Source: a bacterium (GTDB taxonomy: Bacteria; Methylomirabilota; Methylomirabilia; CAVQYV01). From it: a stretch of 38,477 bases of DNA. The position numbers and the translations under genes were made by a program. Positions within the stretch are counted from its first letter, which is position 1, and each line of letters begins with the position of its first letter. The stretch covers positions 1 through 38,477 of the forward strand of contig JAZDMQ010000047.1 of the NCBI GenBank assembly GCA_043800755.1. Reading direction: 5' to 3'. Shown piece after piece: positions 1-9,427 of the stretch. Under the pieces are notes generated by a model, which worked only from the letters and a program-made list of their open reading frames with translations, had not been told where the DNA came from and made no database searches.

Positions 1-14
1 GACAGTCGACAGAG

Positions 15-1748
15 GTGAAAGAGCTCATTTCCCTGGGGAAGAGTAAGGGGTTTTTGACCTATGAGGAGATGAACAGCATTCTGCCGGAAGACATCACCTC
101 TTCGGGGCAGATTGACGATATCATCACCCTCTTCGGGGAAATGGACATCGAGATCGTCAATGGACCGCAGAAGGCCAAGGTGGTGAAATCCATGGAGGCC
201 CCTGAGGAAGAAGAGATATCGGGAGCGGAATTGGATCTCACCCCTTCTCCTATCGGGCACACCGACGACCCTGTCCGGATGTATCTCCGGGAAATGGCCA
301 AAACCCCTCTTTTGACTCGCGAGGGGGAGATCCGCATCGCGAAGCGAATCGAGGCGGGAAGGGAAGAGGTAAGCAATGCGGTCTGCCGGGTGTCGGTAGC
401 CGTCCGGGAGGTCATCTTCTTGGGGGAACGCCTCCTCTCCGGGCGGCTTCGGGTGGGGGATATCATCTCTCTCAACGAATTCGATGAGACCTCTGAACAG
501 AAAGAGATGGAGCTATTGGCTGAGATAGCCCCGATACTGAAAGGCCTGAAGGCAGAGCAGGAAAAGATCGATGAGCTGAGGAAGAAGCTGGTCAGTCCTT
601 CCGGGGCAGTCTTGAAAGGGGAGAAGGCCGAGGCCATCTGGAAAAAAATGGTCCGGTTTTGTTCCCGCCAGGCCAGCCTGATGTGCCACCTGAGCCTGAA
701 TCAGAAGGTGATTGATCGCATCCTCTCGCGGATGAAGAACCTCTTGGAGAGGATCGGACAGGGCGAGGACGAGATGGCCGAGGTGGAAAAGGCGCTACGG
801 CTTTCGCCGGCAGAGGCCCGTAAGATCTTCGATCTCAATCGCAGACAGAGCCTGGAAGTCCTCTGCATGAGATTCAAGGTGAAGAAGGATCGGATGGCGG
901 AGCTGGAGAAGGTCTATAAGGGGGGATTGCGCAAGGTCAGGCGAGCGGAGCAAGAGGCGGAGATGTCCAGCGCCGAGCTGAAGGAATTGCTTCATGCGAT
1001 TACCAGCGGAGAGAGGAAGGTCCTCGGGGCCAAGAAGGAGATGGTGGAGGCAAATCTGCGCTTGGTCATCAGCATTGCCAAGAAGTACACCAATCGAGGG
1101 CTACAGTTCCTGGACCTGATCCAGGAGGGAAACATTGGCCTGATGCGAGCGGTGGATAAGTTCGAATATCAGAGGGGATATAAATTCAGCACTTATGCCA
1201 CCTGGTGGATCCGTCAGGCGATCACCCGGGCCATCGCCGATCAGGCACGCACCATTCGCATACCGGTTCACATGATCGAGACGATCAACAAATTGATTCG
1301 GGCGTCCCGCCAGTTAGTCCAGGAGAAGGGAAGGGAGCCAAACCCGGAGGAGATCGCCGAGAAGATCGATCTGCCGGTGGACAAGGTGAGGAAGGTGATG
1401 AAGATTGCCCAGGAGCCAATTTCCCTGGAGACTCCTATCGGGGAGGAGGAGGACAGCCACCTGGGGGACTTCATCGAAGACAAGGGAGCGGTATCTCCTT
1501 TGGAGGCGGTCATCGGCATGAATTTGACCAGTCAGACCGAGGATGTGCTGTTCAGCCTAACCCCGAGGGAGGAAAATGTGCTGCGCCTTCGTTTTGGAAT
1601 CGGGGATGGTTGTGACCACACCCTGGAAGAGGTGGGACAGCGCTTCGAGGTTACTCGGGAGAGGATCAGACAAATCGAGGCGAAGGCGCTTCGCAAGCTC
1701 CGACATCCCACCCGCAGCCGCAAACTGAGGAGCTTCATCGAAGGATAG
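15..1748 (+). CDS. rpoD: RNA polymerase primary sigma factor sigma-70 (true start possibly just upstream of the window)
   Basis: Region 1.1 ([12 protein letters not shown]), 1.2 ([11 protein letters not shown]), 2 ([36 protein letters not shown]), 4 ([27 protein letters not shown]). Frame is open to the window edge. Confidence 0.98.
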   Translation: MKELISLGKSKGFLTYEEMNSILPEDITSSGQIDDIITLFGEMDIEIVNGPQKAKVVKSMEAPEEEEISGAELDLTPSPIGHTDDPVRMYLREMAKTPLLTREGEIRIAKRIEAGREEVSNAVCRVSVAVREVIFLGERLLSGRLRVGDIISLNEFDETSEQKEMELLAEIAPILKGLKAEQEKIDELRKKLVSPSGAVLKGEKAEAIWKKMVRFCSRQASLMCHLSLNQKVIDRILSRMKNLLERIGQGEDEMAEVEKALRLSPAEARKIFDLNRRQSLEVLCMRFKVKKDRMAELEKVYKGGLRKVRRAEQEAEMSSAELKELLHAITSGERKVLGAKKEMVEANLRLVISIAKKYTNRGLQFLDLIQEGNIGLMRAVDKFEYQRGYKFSTYATWWIRQAITRAIADQARTIRIPVHMIETINKLIRASRQLVQEKGREPNPEEIAEKIDLPVDKVRKVMKIAQEPISLETPIGEEEDSHLGDFIEDKGAVSPLEAVIGMNLTSQTEDVLFSLTPREENVLRLRFGIGDGCDHTLEEVGQRFEVTRERIRQIEAKALRKLRHPTRSRKLRSFIEG

Positions 1749-1853
1749 GCCAGCGAGTCATTCGGCTGAAGGTTCCCACCACTTCCTCCGGGAGGCTTCA
1801 AAGGGCATCGCAAGCGCAGCTCCCTTAGCTCGCTGAGGGGGCAGATTTCAATT

Positions 1854-1930
1854 GGGCCCATAGCTCAGTTGGTCAGAGCCACCGGCTCATAACCGGTTGG
1901 TCCCAGGTTCGAGTCCTGGTGGGCCCACCA
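1854..1930 (+). tRNA. tRNA with CAT anticodon, most likely tRNA-Ile2 (lysidine-modified); elongator Met not excluded
   Basis: GGGCCCA/TGGGCCC acceptor stem, D arm TAGCTCAGTTGGTCAGAGC, anticodon arm ACCGG-CTCATAA-CCGGT, T loop GGTTCGAGTCC, encoded CCA. G1-C72 pair argues against initiator tRNA. Confidence 0.95.
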
Positions 1931-2013
1931 GTGGAGGGAGGGGAAGACAGGCTTCCCCTCCTGACCTTGAGTGCGAGAGATCCCTCGGGGCAGACCTTGA
2001 AGGGAGGATTTCA

Positions 2014-2721
2014 GTGGACAAACAGCTCGAATTGCTGATCGAACTCCAGGGATTGGATACGGAGATCTCTCAGCTCGTAAAGGAGAAGGAGGCTATCCCA
2101 AAAGAGATTCGGGCTTTGGAGCAGCGGTTTTCCGAGGAGGAATCGCGTCTGGAGGCGATCAAACGGGATCTGGAGGATTTGCAGAAGAGGAGACGAAGCC
2201 AAGAGAGGGAATTGGAACATCAAGGCCTGGAGATGAAGAAAAGACAGGGGCGCCTCTTAGAGGTGAAAACCAACAAAGAGTATTCCGCGATCCTGCACGA
2301 GATCGAAGGTCTCAAAGAGAAACAGTCGGCCTTGGAGGACGAAATCCTGGAGGTTTTGGAGGAGATTGACCGCCAGGCGGGCCAGGTGAAGAGGCAGTCA
2401 GAAAGGTTGGCCCAGGAAAAGGCCCAGTGCGAACAGGGAAGGAAGGAATGGGAGGGAAAGTCGACGGAGACCGAGGCACGCCTATCAGCGTTGCTGAAAG
2501 AGAGGGCCAACAGGGCATCAGGCATAGATCCCGCCCTGATGCAGACTTACATGCGAGTCTTCGAAAACCGCCAAGGATTGGCGGTGGTGCCGGTCAGGGA
2601 GCGGTCCTGTTCCGGCTGTTTTGTCACCCTGACCCCCCAGGTTTTCCAGGAGGCGAAGAAGAACGACCGCATCATCACCTGCTCCAACTGCAATCGGTTC
2701 ATCTATTGGAAAGAGCCATGA
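2014..2721 (+). CDS. C4-type zinc-ribbon coiled-coil protein (DUF164 family)
   Basis: GTG start after GGAGG RBS; long coiled coil; C-terminal CSGC...CSNCNR. Confidence 0.9.
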   Translation: MDKQLELLIELQGLDTEISQLVKEKEAIPKEIRALEQRFSEEESRLEAIKRDLEDLQKRRRSQERELEHQGLEMKKRQGRLLEVKTNKEYSAILHEIEGLKEKQSALEDEILEVLEEIDRQAGQVKRQSERLAQEKAQCEQGRKEWEGKSTETEARLSALLKERANRASGIDPALMQTYMRVFENRQGLAVVPVRERSCSGCFVTLTPQVFQEAKKNDRIITCSNCNRFIYWKEP

Positions 2722-2778
2722 AAGTTCATTGCGGGGGCCTTCCTTGTCCTAGTCCTATAGCCCGTCGAAGGCAGATCA

Positions 2779-3249
2779 ATGATCAATGGAGGCCTGGCGT
2801 TTGAAGATTCCTCGCACCTTCCTGGAGGGAGTTTGAGAGACCTGGGACTGATCATCTATATCGATGGGGCCTCGCGGGGGAATCCAGGTCCGGCAGGGAT
2901 CGGGGTCTCCATTCTGGACTCCAAGGGCGAGCCCCTCACCGAAGACTCAGCCTATATCGGGGTGGCAACGAACAATGTCGCGGAATACCGGGCATTCCTG
3001 CGGGCCCTGAAAAAGGCCCGGGAAATGGGTGCGAGCCGGGTTCAGATCATGACCGATTCGGAGCTTTTATGCCGACAAATGAAAGGCCTCTACCGGGTCA
3101 GGGATGCCAAATTGATTCCCCTCTTCCGGGAGGCAGTCCACCTGACCAGAGGGTTCGAAAAGGTTGCACTGCGGCATATCCCTCGAGCCAAGAATGGAAG
3201 GGCCGATCAGTTGGCCAATCTTGGCATAGATGCAGGGAGCCGAGGATAG
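2779..3249 (+). CDS. rnhA: Ribonuclease HI family protein (start may be TTG at 2833)
   Basis: YIDGASRGNPGPAG, ATNNVAEYRA, TDSELL, HIPRAKNGRADQLAN catalytic motifs. Confidence 0.93.
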   Translation: MINGGLAFEDSSHLPGGSLRDLGLIIYIDGASRGNPGPAGIGVSILDSKGEPLTEDSAYIGVATNNVAEYRAFLRALKKAREMGASRVQIMTDSELLCRQMKGLYRVRDAKLIPLFREAVHLTRGFEKVALRHIPRAKNGRADQLANLGIDAGSRG

Positions 3250-3271
3250 GGACTCCGAAGATGAGGGGATT

Positions 3272-3760
3272 ATGGTCCGAAAGAGGCTGAAGCGACCTCT
3301 TTCCCTAAACCGGGTGCTCGATGGGGCGCTCAAGGAATTAGGGATTGAGGTGCAGTTGAAGCAACACCAGGTATGGGGCCTGTGGAACGAGGTGGTAGGC
3401 CCAAAGATCTGTCATTATGCCCAGCCTTCGAGCATCCGGGGAGGCCGCCTCTTTGTGGCGGTGGAAGACTCCATGTGGCTCCACCAGCTTCATTTCTTGA
3501 GGCACAAGATCCTCCTGGAGCTCAACAGGAGGCTGGGAGAAAATGTACTGAACGACATCGTCCTGCGAGTCGGGGAGGTGAGCCCCCCCCACCCCCAGCC
3601 CCGGGAGAAAGGCCCGACGCCCCCACCTTCTCAGCCCTTATCCCCGCAAGATGAAGAAACGATTGAAAAGATCCTTTCTCCGATCAAGGGACAGGAATGC
3701 CGAGAGGTGCTGGAGAGGGTCCTCCACCTCCACCTCTGTCGCAATAAATCCTCGCAATAA
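3272..3760 (+). CDS. DUF721/DciA family protein
   Basis: WNEVVGPKI...P...GRLFVAV.DSMW...L...ILLELN pattern followed by a Pro-rich linker; ATG after GAGGGG. Confidence 0.8.
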   Translation: MVRKRLKRPLSLNRVLDGALKELGIEVQLKQHQVWGLWNEVVGPKICHYAQPSSIRGGRLFVAVEDSMWLHQLHFLRHKILLELNRRLGENVLNDIVLRVGEVSPPHPQPREKGPTPPPSQPLSPQDEETIEKILSPIKGQECREVLERVLHLHLCRNKSSQ

Positions 3761-3875
3761 AGCTACAATTCGTTGAGAAAATAATACAATTCCCAGCGGA
3801 CTGGTTGGGTGGCCAAGGGGCCATTACGGCCCAGAAATGGGGCGCCAGGGGGAAGAGCGGTGCGTCGGATGGGGT

Positions 3876-3891
3876 TGGCATGCTCTTTGCT
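3876..3891 (+). promoter_or_regulatory. Sigma-54 (-24/-12) promoter upstream of lpxC
   Basis: TGGCATGCTCTTTGCT matches TGGCAYG-N4-TTGCW, 46 nt upstream of the lpxC ATG. Confidence 0.8.
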
Positions 3892-3937
3892 TACATCATA
3901 GTTGGCGTTGTCAGATTAGATATGAGAAAGGTGGAGC

Positions 3938-4861
3938 ATGAGCCATCAACATACCCCCTTACGAGAGGTTTCCTGCCAAGGTATTGGGTTGCACACCGGG
4001 CGAGCTATCTCCCTCACCCTGAGGCCAGCCCCCATCGATCATGGGATTGTCTTTCGTCGCATGGATATTGGCGCAACTGCTCTGGTGGCGGCCATACCGG
4101 AGAATGTTCAGGATACCCATTATGCCACCACCCTCGGGAAGGATGGGGTGGAGGTGCATACCATAGAGCACCTCATGGCAGCATTTGCCGGAATGGGGAT
4201 CGACAATTGCCTGATCGACCTGGACGGGCCAGAAGTCCCAGCCGTGGATGGCAGCGCCCGTCCCTGGGTAGAGGTGCTGCAAAGGGCGCAGAGGAAAAGG
4301 CAGTTTGCCCCCAAGGCCTATCTGAAGGTGAAGGAGCGGATTGTGGTCAGCGATGGGTCCCGCTTCCTCCAACTCGTTCCCTCGGACCGGCTCACGGTCT
4401 TTTATACCATGAGCTTTGGTTTTCCATTTCTGGGGGAGCAATCCGTCGCCTATAATCTCTCCCGGAAGACCTTTGTGGATAACATCGCCCCCTCTCGCAC
4501 CTATGTCTATTTGCAGGATGTAGAAAGACTGCACAGTATGGGACTGGCCCAGGGTGGTTCTTTGGAAAACACGGTGGTCATCAGCGACGAGGGAGTTCTG
4601 AACGGAGGTCTGCGCTGGCGTGATGAGCTGGTGCGACACAAGGTGTTGGACATGATGGGGGACCTTTACCTTCTGGGGAAGCCGTTGGTGGGGACCTTGA
4701 TTGCCTACGGAGCGGGCCATGAGCTCCATGTGCGGCTGGTTCAAGAGATTCAAAAGCAGCTGAGCCCCCGGAAGGCGGATTCCCCTCTCCCCACGGTTAT
4801 TGAGAAGCTGGTCAAGCCTTTACTTTCCCCCCAGGAGATGGTGGAGAAGGCTGCCACCTAA
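3938..4861 (+). CDS. lpxC: UDP-3-O-acyl-N-acetylglucosamine deacetylase
   Basis: GIGLHTG, TIEHLMAA, PAVDGSA, RHKVLDMMGDL Zn-binding motifs and GAGHELH. Confidence 0.97.
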   Translation: MSHQHTPLREVSCQGIGLHTGRAISLTLRPAPIDHGIVFRRMDIGATALVAAIPENVQDTHYATTLGKDGVEVHTIEHLMAAFAGMGIDNCLIDLDGPEVPAVDGSARPWVEVLQRAQRKRQFAPKAYLKVKERIVVSDGSRFLQLVPSDRLTVFYTMSFGFPFLGEQSVAYNLSRKTFVDNIAPSRTYVYLQDVERLHSMGLAQGGSLENTVVISDEGVLNGGLRWRDELVRHKVLDMMGDLYLLGKPLVGTLIAYGAGHELHVRLVQEIQKQLSPRKADSPLPTVIEKLVKPLLSPQEMVEKAAT

Positions 4862-5031
4862 GGGATAACTCCCTCCCGGTTTCACCTCCCGCCCAATTTG
4901 CCCTTGCATTCCCTCCTCCTTTTCCATATAGTTACCTGATAGGTTCATTTCTCGAAGAGATCCGAAAGGCCAAGCGCCCTTTGTCCGGAGCGTGCCCCGC
5001 AAGGCCCGCCCTGTGGGCGGGGCTAGGGGCA

Positions 5032-5052
5032 AAGTACAATTGATATGTACTT
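5032..5052. promoter_or_regulatory. Perfect 7-7-7 inverted repeat, candidate transcription-factor site
   Basis: AAGTACA-ATTGATA-TGTACTT upstream of the DUF4390-ntrY-ntrX genes. Confidence 0.4.
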
Positions 5053-5137
5053 CATTTCCGGGAAGCCGCGCCCCCATGGGCGGAGGGCTCCACTCCTTCC
5101 TTCAATCCATTTCCCTCTCGGAGATGAGGGGGGCTCG

Positions 5138-5731
5138 GTGGTGAGATTTAGATTCCTTCGCTTTTGCGCCCTCCAACTTCTATTTGTCTCCCTCCCCCTC
5201 CTCTGCCTCCCCTGCGTGGGAGAGGCAGCAGGGGCTAAGATCACCGATCTCATTATCACCCAATCCGCGGAGAATCTTCTGGTCTTTGCCACCTTGAGGG
5301 ATGCCTTTACCAGAGAGATAGAAGAAGGCATCGTCAATGGGGTATCCACCTCCTTCACCTTCTATCTACGGTTGATGAAAGAGCGAAATATGTGGGCTGA
5401 CCAGGAGGTGGCCAGCCTCACCGTAAGACAGACGGTGGCCTACGACTTGCTTAAGGACCGCTTTAGCTTTACCAGCCAGAATGGAAATCAGACCCTCACC
5501 CGGGTCACCAACAACTTCGGCGATATCAGGCGGTGGATGAGTTCCTTAGACGGGATCAAACTGGCATCCTCCCAGGATCTGAAACCAGGGGAGCTCTACT
5601 ACGTTCAGGTGAGGGCAGAGATCCGTTCGATCAAGCTGGTATTCCCTCTGAACATCCTGCTCTTTTTCGTTTCCTTCTGGGACTTTGATACCCCCTGGTC
5701 GACCTCCGCCCTTTTCCGGATTGGCAAATGA
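5138..5731 (+). CDS. DUF4390 family exported protein
   Basis: Signal-peptide-like N-terminus; AFTREIEEGI.NG...F.F and WDFDTPW motifs; usual position directly before ntrY. Start approximate. Confidence 0.8.
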   Translation: MVRFRFLRFCALQLLFVSLPLLCLPCVGEAAGAKITDLIITQSAENLLVFATLRDAFTREIEEGIVNGVSTSFTFYLRLMKERNMWADQEVASLTVRQTVAYDLLKDRFSFTSQNGNQTLTRVTNNFGDIRRWMSSLDGIKLASSQDLKPGELYYVQVRAEIRSIKLVFPLNILLFFVSFWDFDTPWSTSALFRIGK

Positions 5732-5765
5732 GGCCTCGGGTCGCTGGCTCATTGGGAGATCTTTG

Positions 5766-7997
5766 ATGGTCCAGGATTTGGAAAGAAGAAAGAGAAGAAA
5801 TCGGTTAATCTCCTTCGGCATCCTCATCTGCCTTATCGTCTTAACGGCCATCCAGGTCCTCATCCAGCAACTGCGGTTTCCCACCCCCATCGCAGGCAAC
5901 ATCCTGATTTTCGCCCTCTTCAATGTCAACCTGATCCTGCTCCTGGTCCTCATCCTCCTGGTATCTCGTAGCCTCTTCAAGATCTACATTGAGCGTAAGA
6001 ACAGGGTAATCGGCTACCGCTTCCGCACTCGGCTCATCGCAGCCTTCGTGGGCCTCTCCCTGCTGCCGGCCATCGTGTTGTTTTTGGCGGCCTCCAATTT
6101 CATTACCATCAGCGTGGAGAGCTGGTTCAATGTCCAGGTGGAGAATTCCATGCGCGGCTCCATCGATATTGCCCGGGCCTATTATCAGGTCACCGAAGGG
6201 AATACCCTCTCCCAGATGAAGGAGATTAGGGCGAGGATCGAGAGGGAAGACCTCTTGGAGGCGAAGAATCTTCCCAAGTTGAGGGAACTGGTGAAGGATA
6301 AGCAGGATGAATATCGACTGGCATACCTGGTCGTCTTCGATCGACACGGAAGACAAGTGGCGGCCTCACGCGATCCGAAATCTCGCGGTGTTTCCGCCTT
6401 CAAGTGGGGGAAACGCGGGCTCAAGGGAGAGGAATTCTCCCAATCCCATCAGGTAGGCAAAAAGGACCTGGTCCGAGCCGTGGTTCCCATTCGCTCCCTC
6501 CGAGATTCGAAGAAGATCTTGGGGGCGCTGGTCGCTCATCAGATCCTTCCGTTCGGCCTTTCCCAGAGGGTCAATGAGATCACTACGGCTTTCAAGGAGT
6601 ACAATCAGCTGAAGATGCTTCAGGATCCGATCAAAAGCCTCTACTTGATGGTTTTTCTCATGATCACCCTGCTGGTCATGTTCGCCGCCATCTGGGCGGC
6701 GATCCATATGGCGCGGAGGATCACCGTTCCGATTCAGCTTCTGGCGGAAGGGACCCGGGAGGTGGCGGCTGGCAATCTCGGGTACCAGGTAGAGGCGCGG
6801 GCCGATGACGAGATCGGCATGCTGGTCGATTCCTTCAACCAGATGACCCAGGATTTGCTTCGGTCCAAGGTCGATCTGGAGACGGCCTATCTGGATCTCC
6901 GCCGAACGAATATTGAGCTGGACCAGAGGCGCATTTACATGGAGACCGTACTGGAAAATATCATCGCCGGTGTCCTCTCCTTGGATGAGAAAGGTTACAT
7001 CAATACCATCAATAAGGCGGCCCTCAGCATGTTGAACCTAAGCTCGGAGCAGGCGCTCCGCCGCAGCCATGAGGAGATCTTCTCTCATGCCGACCTCAAA
7101 CCGATGGGGGCCTTGATCAGGAGAATGGCCACCGAGGGATTAGAGACCTGGGGCCAGCAGGTCACCCTGAATATCAATGGTAAGGTGAGCACCCTGGTCG
7201 TCAGCATCTCGGGCCTGCGAGATCAGGAGAAGAGATACCGGGGCATGGTGGTGGTTTTCGATGACCTCTCCCAATTGATTAAGGCCCAGCAGGCAATGGC
7301 CTGGAGGGAGGTGGCCCGCAGCGTGGCGCACGAGATCAAGAATCCATTGACGCCCATTCAGTTATCTGCACAGCGCCTGCGCAAGAAATTCTTGGAGCGG
7401 GCGCCGGATTACGAAGGAGTCATCGTGGAATGCACCGATACGATTATTCAGGAGGTGGAGGGGCTGAAGGAATTGGTGAGTGAGTTCTCTCGATATGCTC
7501 GGATGCCCTCTTCAGAACTGAAGCCAGATGATTTGAATCAGATCGTGAATCGAGTCTTGCAGCTCTATGCTGGGCTCGCGAAGAGGTCGGTCATCCGCAA
7601 GAATCTTGACCCCCATCTGCCCCCGGTGAACCTGGATGCAGGGCAGATGCGGAGGGCTCTAATTAACCTGGTAGATAACGCCATTGCCGCCATCAAAAAG
7701 GGAGGAGTGATCGAGATTTCCACTCGACATGTGCCGGGAGCATCTATGATCCACCTGGAAGTATCGGATACCGGTATGGGCATCTCCCCAGAAGATAAGG
7801 ATAGGCTCTTTCTGCCCTACTTCTCCACTAAGAAAGGTGGGACCGGGCTGGGGCTGGCAATTGTACATCGAATCATCAGCGAGCATTCCGGCCGCATCCG
7901 AGTGGAAGACAACCACCCTCATGGAACGCGGATGCTGGTTGAACTTCCAACTTTGGCGGGGGCCTCTGCAGCGGCGGCAGCGAAAGGGGAGTCATGA
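5766..7997 (+). CDS. ntrY: NtrY-like HAMP/PAS sensor histidine kinase
   Basis: N-terminal TM helices, HAMP (PIQLLAEGTREVAAGNL), PAS, H-box AWREVARSVAHEIKNPLTPIQLSAQRL, N/G/F boxes. Confidence 0.9.
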   Translation: MVQDLERRKRRNRLISFGILICLIVLTAIQVLIQQLRFPTPIAGNILIFALFNVNLILLLVLILLVSRSLFKIYIERKNRVIGYRFRTRLIAAFVGLSLLPAIVLFLAASNFITISVESWFNVQVENSMRGSIDIARAYYQVTEGNTLSQMKEIRARIEREDLLEAKNLPKLRELVKDKQDEYRLAYLVVFDRHGRQVAASRDPKSRGVSAFKWGKRGLKGEEFSQSHQVGKKDLVRAVVPIRSLRDSKKILGALVAHQILPFGLSQRVNEITTAFKEYNQLKMLQDPIKSLYLMVFLMITLLVMFAAIWAAIHMARRITVPIQLLAEGTREVAAGNLGYQVEARADDEIGMLVDSFNQMTQDLLRSKVDLETAYLDLRRTNIELDQRRIYMETVLENIIAGVLSLDEKGYINTINKAALSMLNLSSEQALRRSHEEIFSHADLKPMGALIRRMATEGLETWGQQVTLNINGKVSTLVVSISGLRDQEKRYRGMVVVFDDLSQLIKAQQAMAWREVARSVAHEIKNPLTPIQLSAQRLRKKFLERAPDYEGVIVECTDTIIQEVEGLKELVSEFSRYARMPSSELKPDDLNQIVNRVLQLYAGLAKRSVIRKNLDPHLPPVNLDAGQMRRALINLVDNAIAAIKKGGVIEISTRHVPGASMIHLEVSDTGMGISPEDKDRLFLPYFSTKKGGTGLGLAIVHRIISEHSGRIRVEDNHPHGTRMLVELPTLAGASAAAAAKGES

Positions 7998-9427
7998 GTA
8001 AAGAGGACCTTCTGATCGTGGACGATAAACCGGGTATTCGGAGCTCTCTGGAGGGGATTCTGCGCGATGAAGGGTATCATGTCTCCTCGGTAGGATCAGC
8101 GGAGGAGGCCCTCGATCGTGTTCGACAGACTCCCCCCGATCTGGTCCTGTTAGATGTCTTGCTCCCGGGGATGGACGGGATAGCGGCTTTGGAAGAGATG
8201 AAGAAGCTGAAGTCGGATCTCGCCGTCTTGATGATCTCAGGACATGGAAGCATCGAGATGGCGGTCAAGGCTACCAAGCTGGGGGCCTACGACTTCATCG
8301 AGAAGCCCCTTTCATTGGACCGGGTGGTTTTGACAGTCCGACACGCTCTCAATGATGTCCGACAGAAAAGGGAAATCCAGCAATATCGCCAGGCTCTGGA
8401 GAAGCGATATGAGATCATCGGGGGAAGCGCTGCCCTCGCAGACATCCAGCAGATGATCCGCTCGGTGGCTCCCACCAACGGCCGGGTGCTGATCTGCGGG
8501 GAGAGCGGGACCGGGAAGGAGTTGGTGGCCAGGGCAATCCACCAGCAAAGCCCCCGCCGCGAGAAACCCTTTGTGGAGGTGAATTGCGCGGCGATCCCGG
8601 AAGATCTCATCGAGAGCGAGCTCTTCGGGCACGAAAAGGGGTCCTTCACCGGGGCGACGGCCAAGCGGCGAGGGAAGTTTGAGATCGGAGATGGGGGAAC
8701 CATTTTCCTGGATGAGGTGGGGGATATGAGTCTGAGGACTCAGGCCAAGGTGCTGCGCGTCCTGGAAGAGCAACGATTCGAGAGGGTTGGAGGGGTAGAG
8801 TCCATCACCGTGGATGTGCGAGTGCTCGCTGCCTCCAACAAAGATCTGGAGGAAGGGATTCGCGCGGGAAGGTTTCGGGAGGACCTCTACTATCGCCTGA
8901 ATGTGGTTCCCCTCAATGTTCCTCCCCTGCGAGAGCGCGGGAATGATATCCCCCTGCTGGCTAACCACTTCCTGCGCGAGTTCTGCGCCGAATACGGCAG
9001 ACGAGAAAAGACGATCAGCGCCTCAGCCATGGAGGTCTTGAAAGATTACCATTGGCCGGGCAATGTCAGGGAGTTGAAGAACCTGATCGAGAGGCTAATC
9101 ATTATGGTATCTTCCAACACCATCTCCCCCCAGGATATCCAGTCCTCGCTACGACCCGTGACCCCCACGGATGTAGGGAGACCTCTGGGAGAGGAGACAC
9201 TGCGGGAGGCCGGAGAGCAGTTCGAGAAGGAGTTTATCTTGGGACGGCTCCGGGAGAATAATTGGAATATCTCCCGCACCGCAGAAAAGCTGGGTATCGA
9301 GCGAAGCACCCTCCATCGCAAAATGAATGACTACGGGATTAGGAAGACGGCCAAAGAACCAATTCGAGAAAAATCCACAAGCAACCTCCACCGCAAAATG
9401 AAGGCCCACAGGGTTAAGCCGGGATAA
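7994..9427 (+). CDS. ntrX: NtrX-like sigma-54-dependent response regulator
   Basis: Receiver domain, Walker A GESGTGKE, ESELFGHEKGSFTGA, FLDEVG, WPGNVRELKN, Fis-type HTH; coupled to ntrY. Confidence 0.92.
   Translation: MSKEDLLIVDDKPGIRSSLEGILRDEGYHVSSVGSAEEALDRVRQTPPDLVLLDVLLPGMDGIAALEEMKKLKSDLAVLMISGHGSIEMAVKATKLGAYDFIEKPLSLDRVVLTVRHALNDVRQKREIQQYRQALEKRYEIIGGSAALADIQQMIRSVAPTNGRVLICGESGTGKELVARAIHQQSPRREKPFVEVNCAAIPEDLIESELFGHEKGSFTGATAKRRGKFEIGDGGTIFLDEVGDMSLRTQAKVLRVLEEQRFERVGGVESITVDVRVLAASNKDLEEGIRAGRFREDLYYRLNVVPLNVPPLRERGNDIPLLANHFLREFCAEYGRREKTISASAMEVLKDYHWPGNVRELKNLIERLIIMVSSNTISPQDIQSSLRPVTPTDVGRPLGEETLREAGEQFEKEFILGRLRENNWNISRTAEKLGIERSTLHRKMNDYGIRKTAKEPIREKSTSNLHRKMKAHRVKPG

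Noticed and set aside
1937-1961. Hairpin GGAGGGGAAG-ACAGG-CTTCCCCTCC after the tRNA as terminator or att site
   Set aside because: No U-tract, no duplicated tRNA 3' end seen elsewhere and no integrase; function unsupported.
1897-2013. N-terminal extension of the zinc-ribbon ORF
   Set aside because: It overlaps the tRNA; the GTG at 2014 has a proper RBS.
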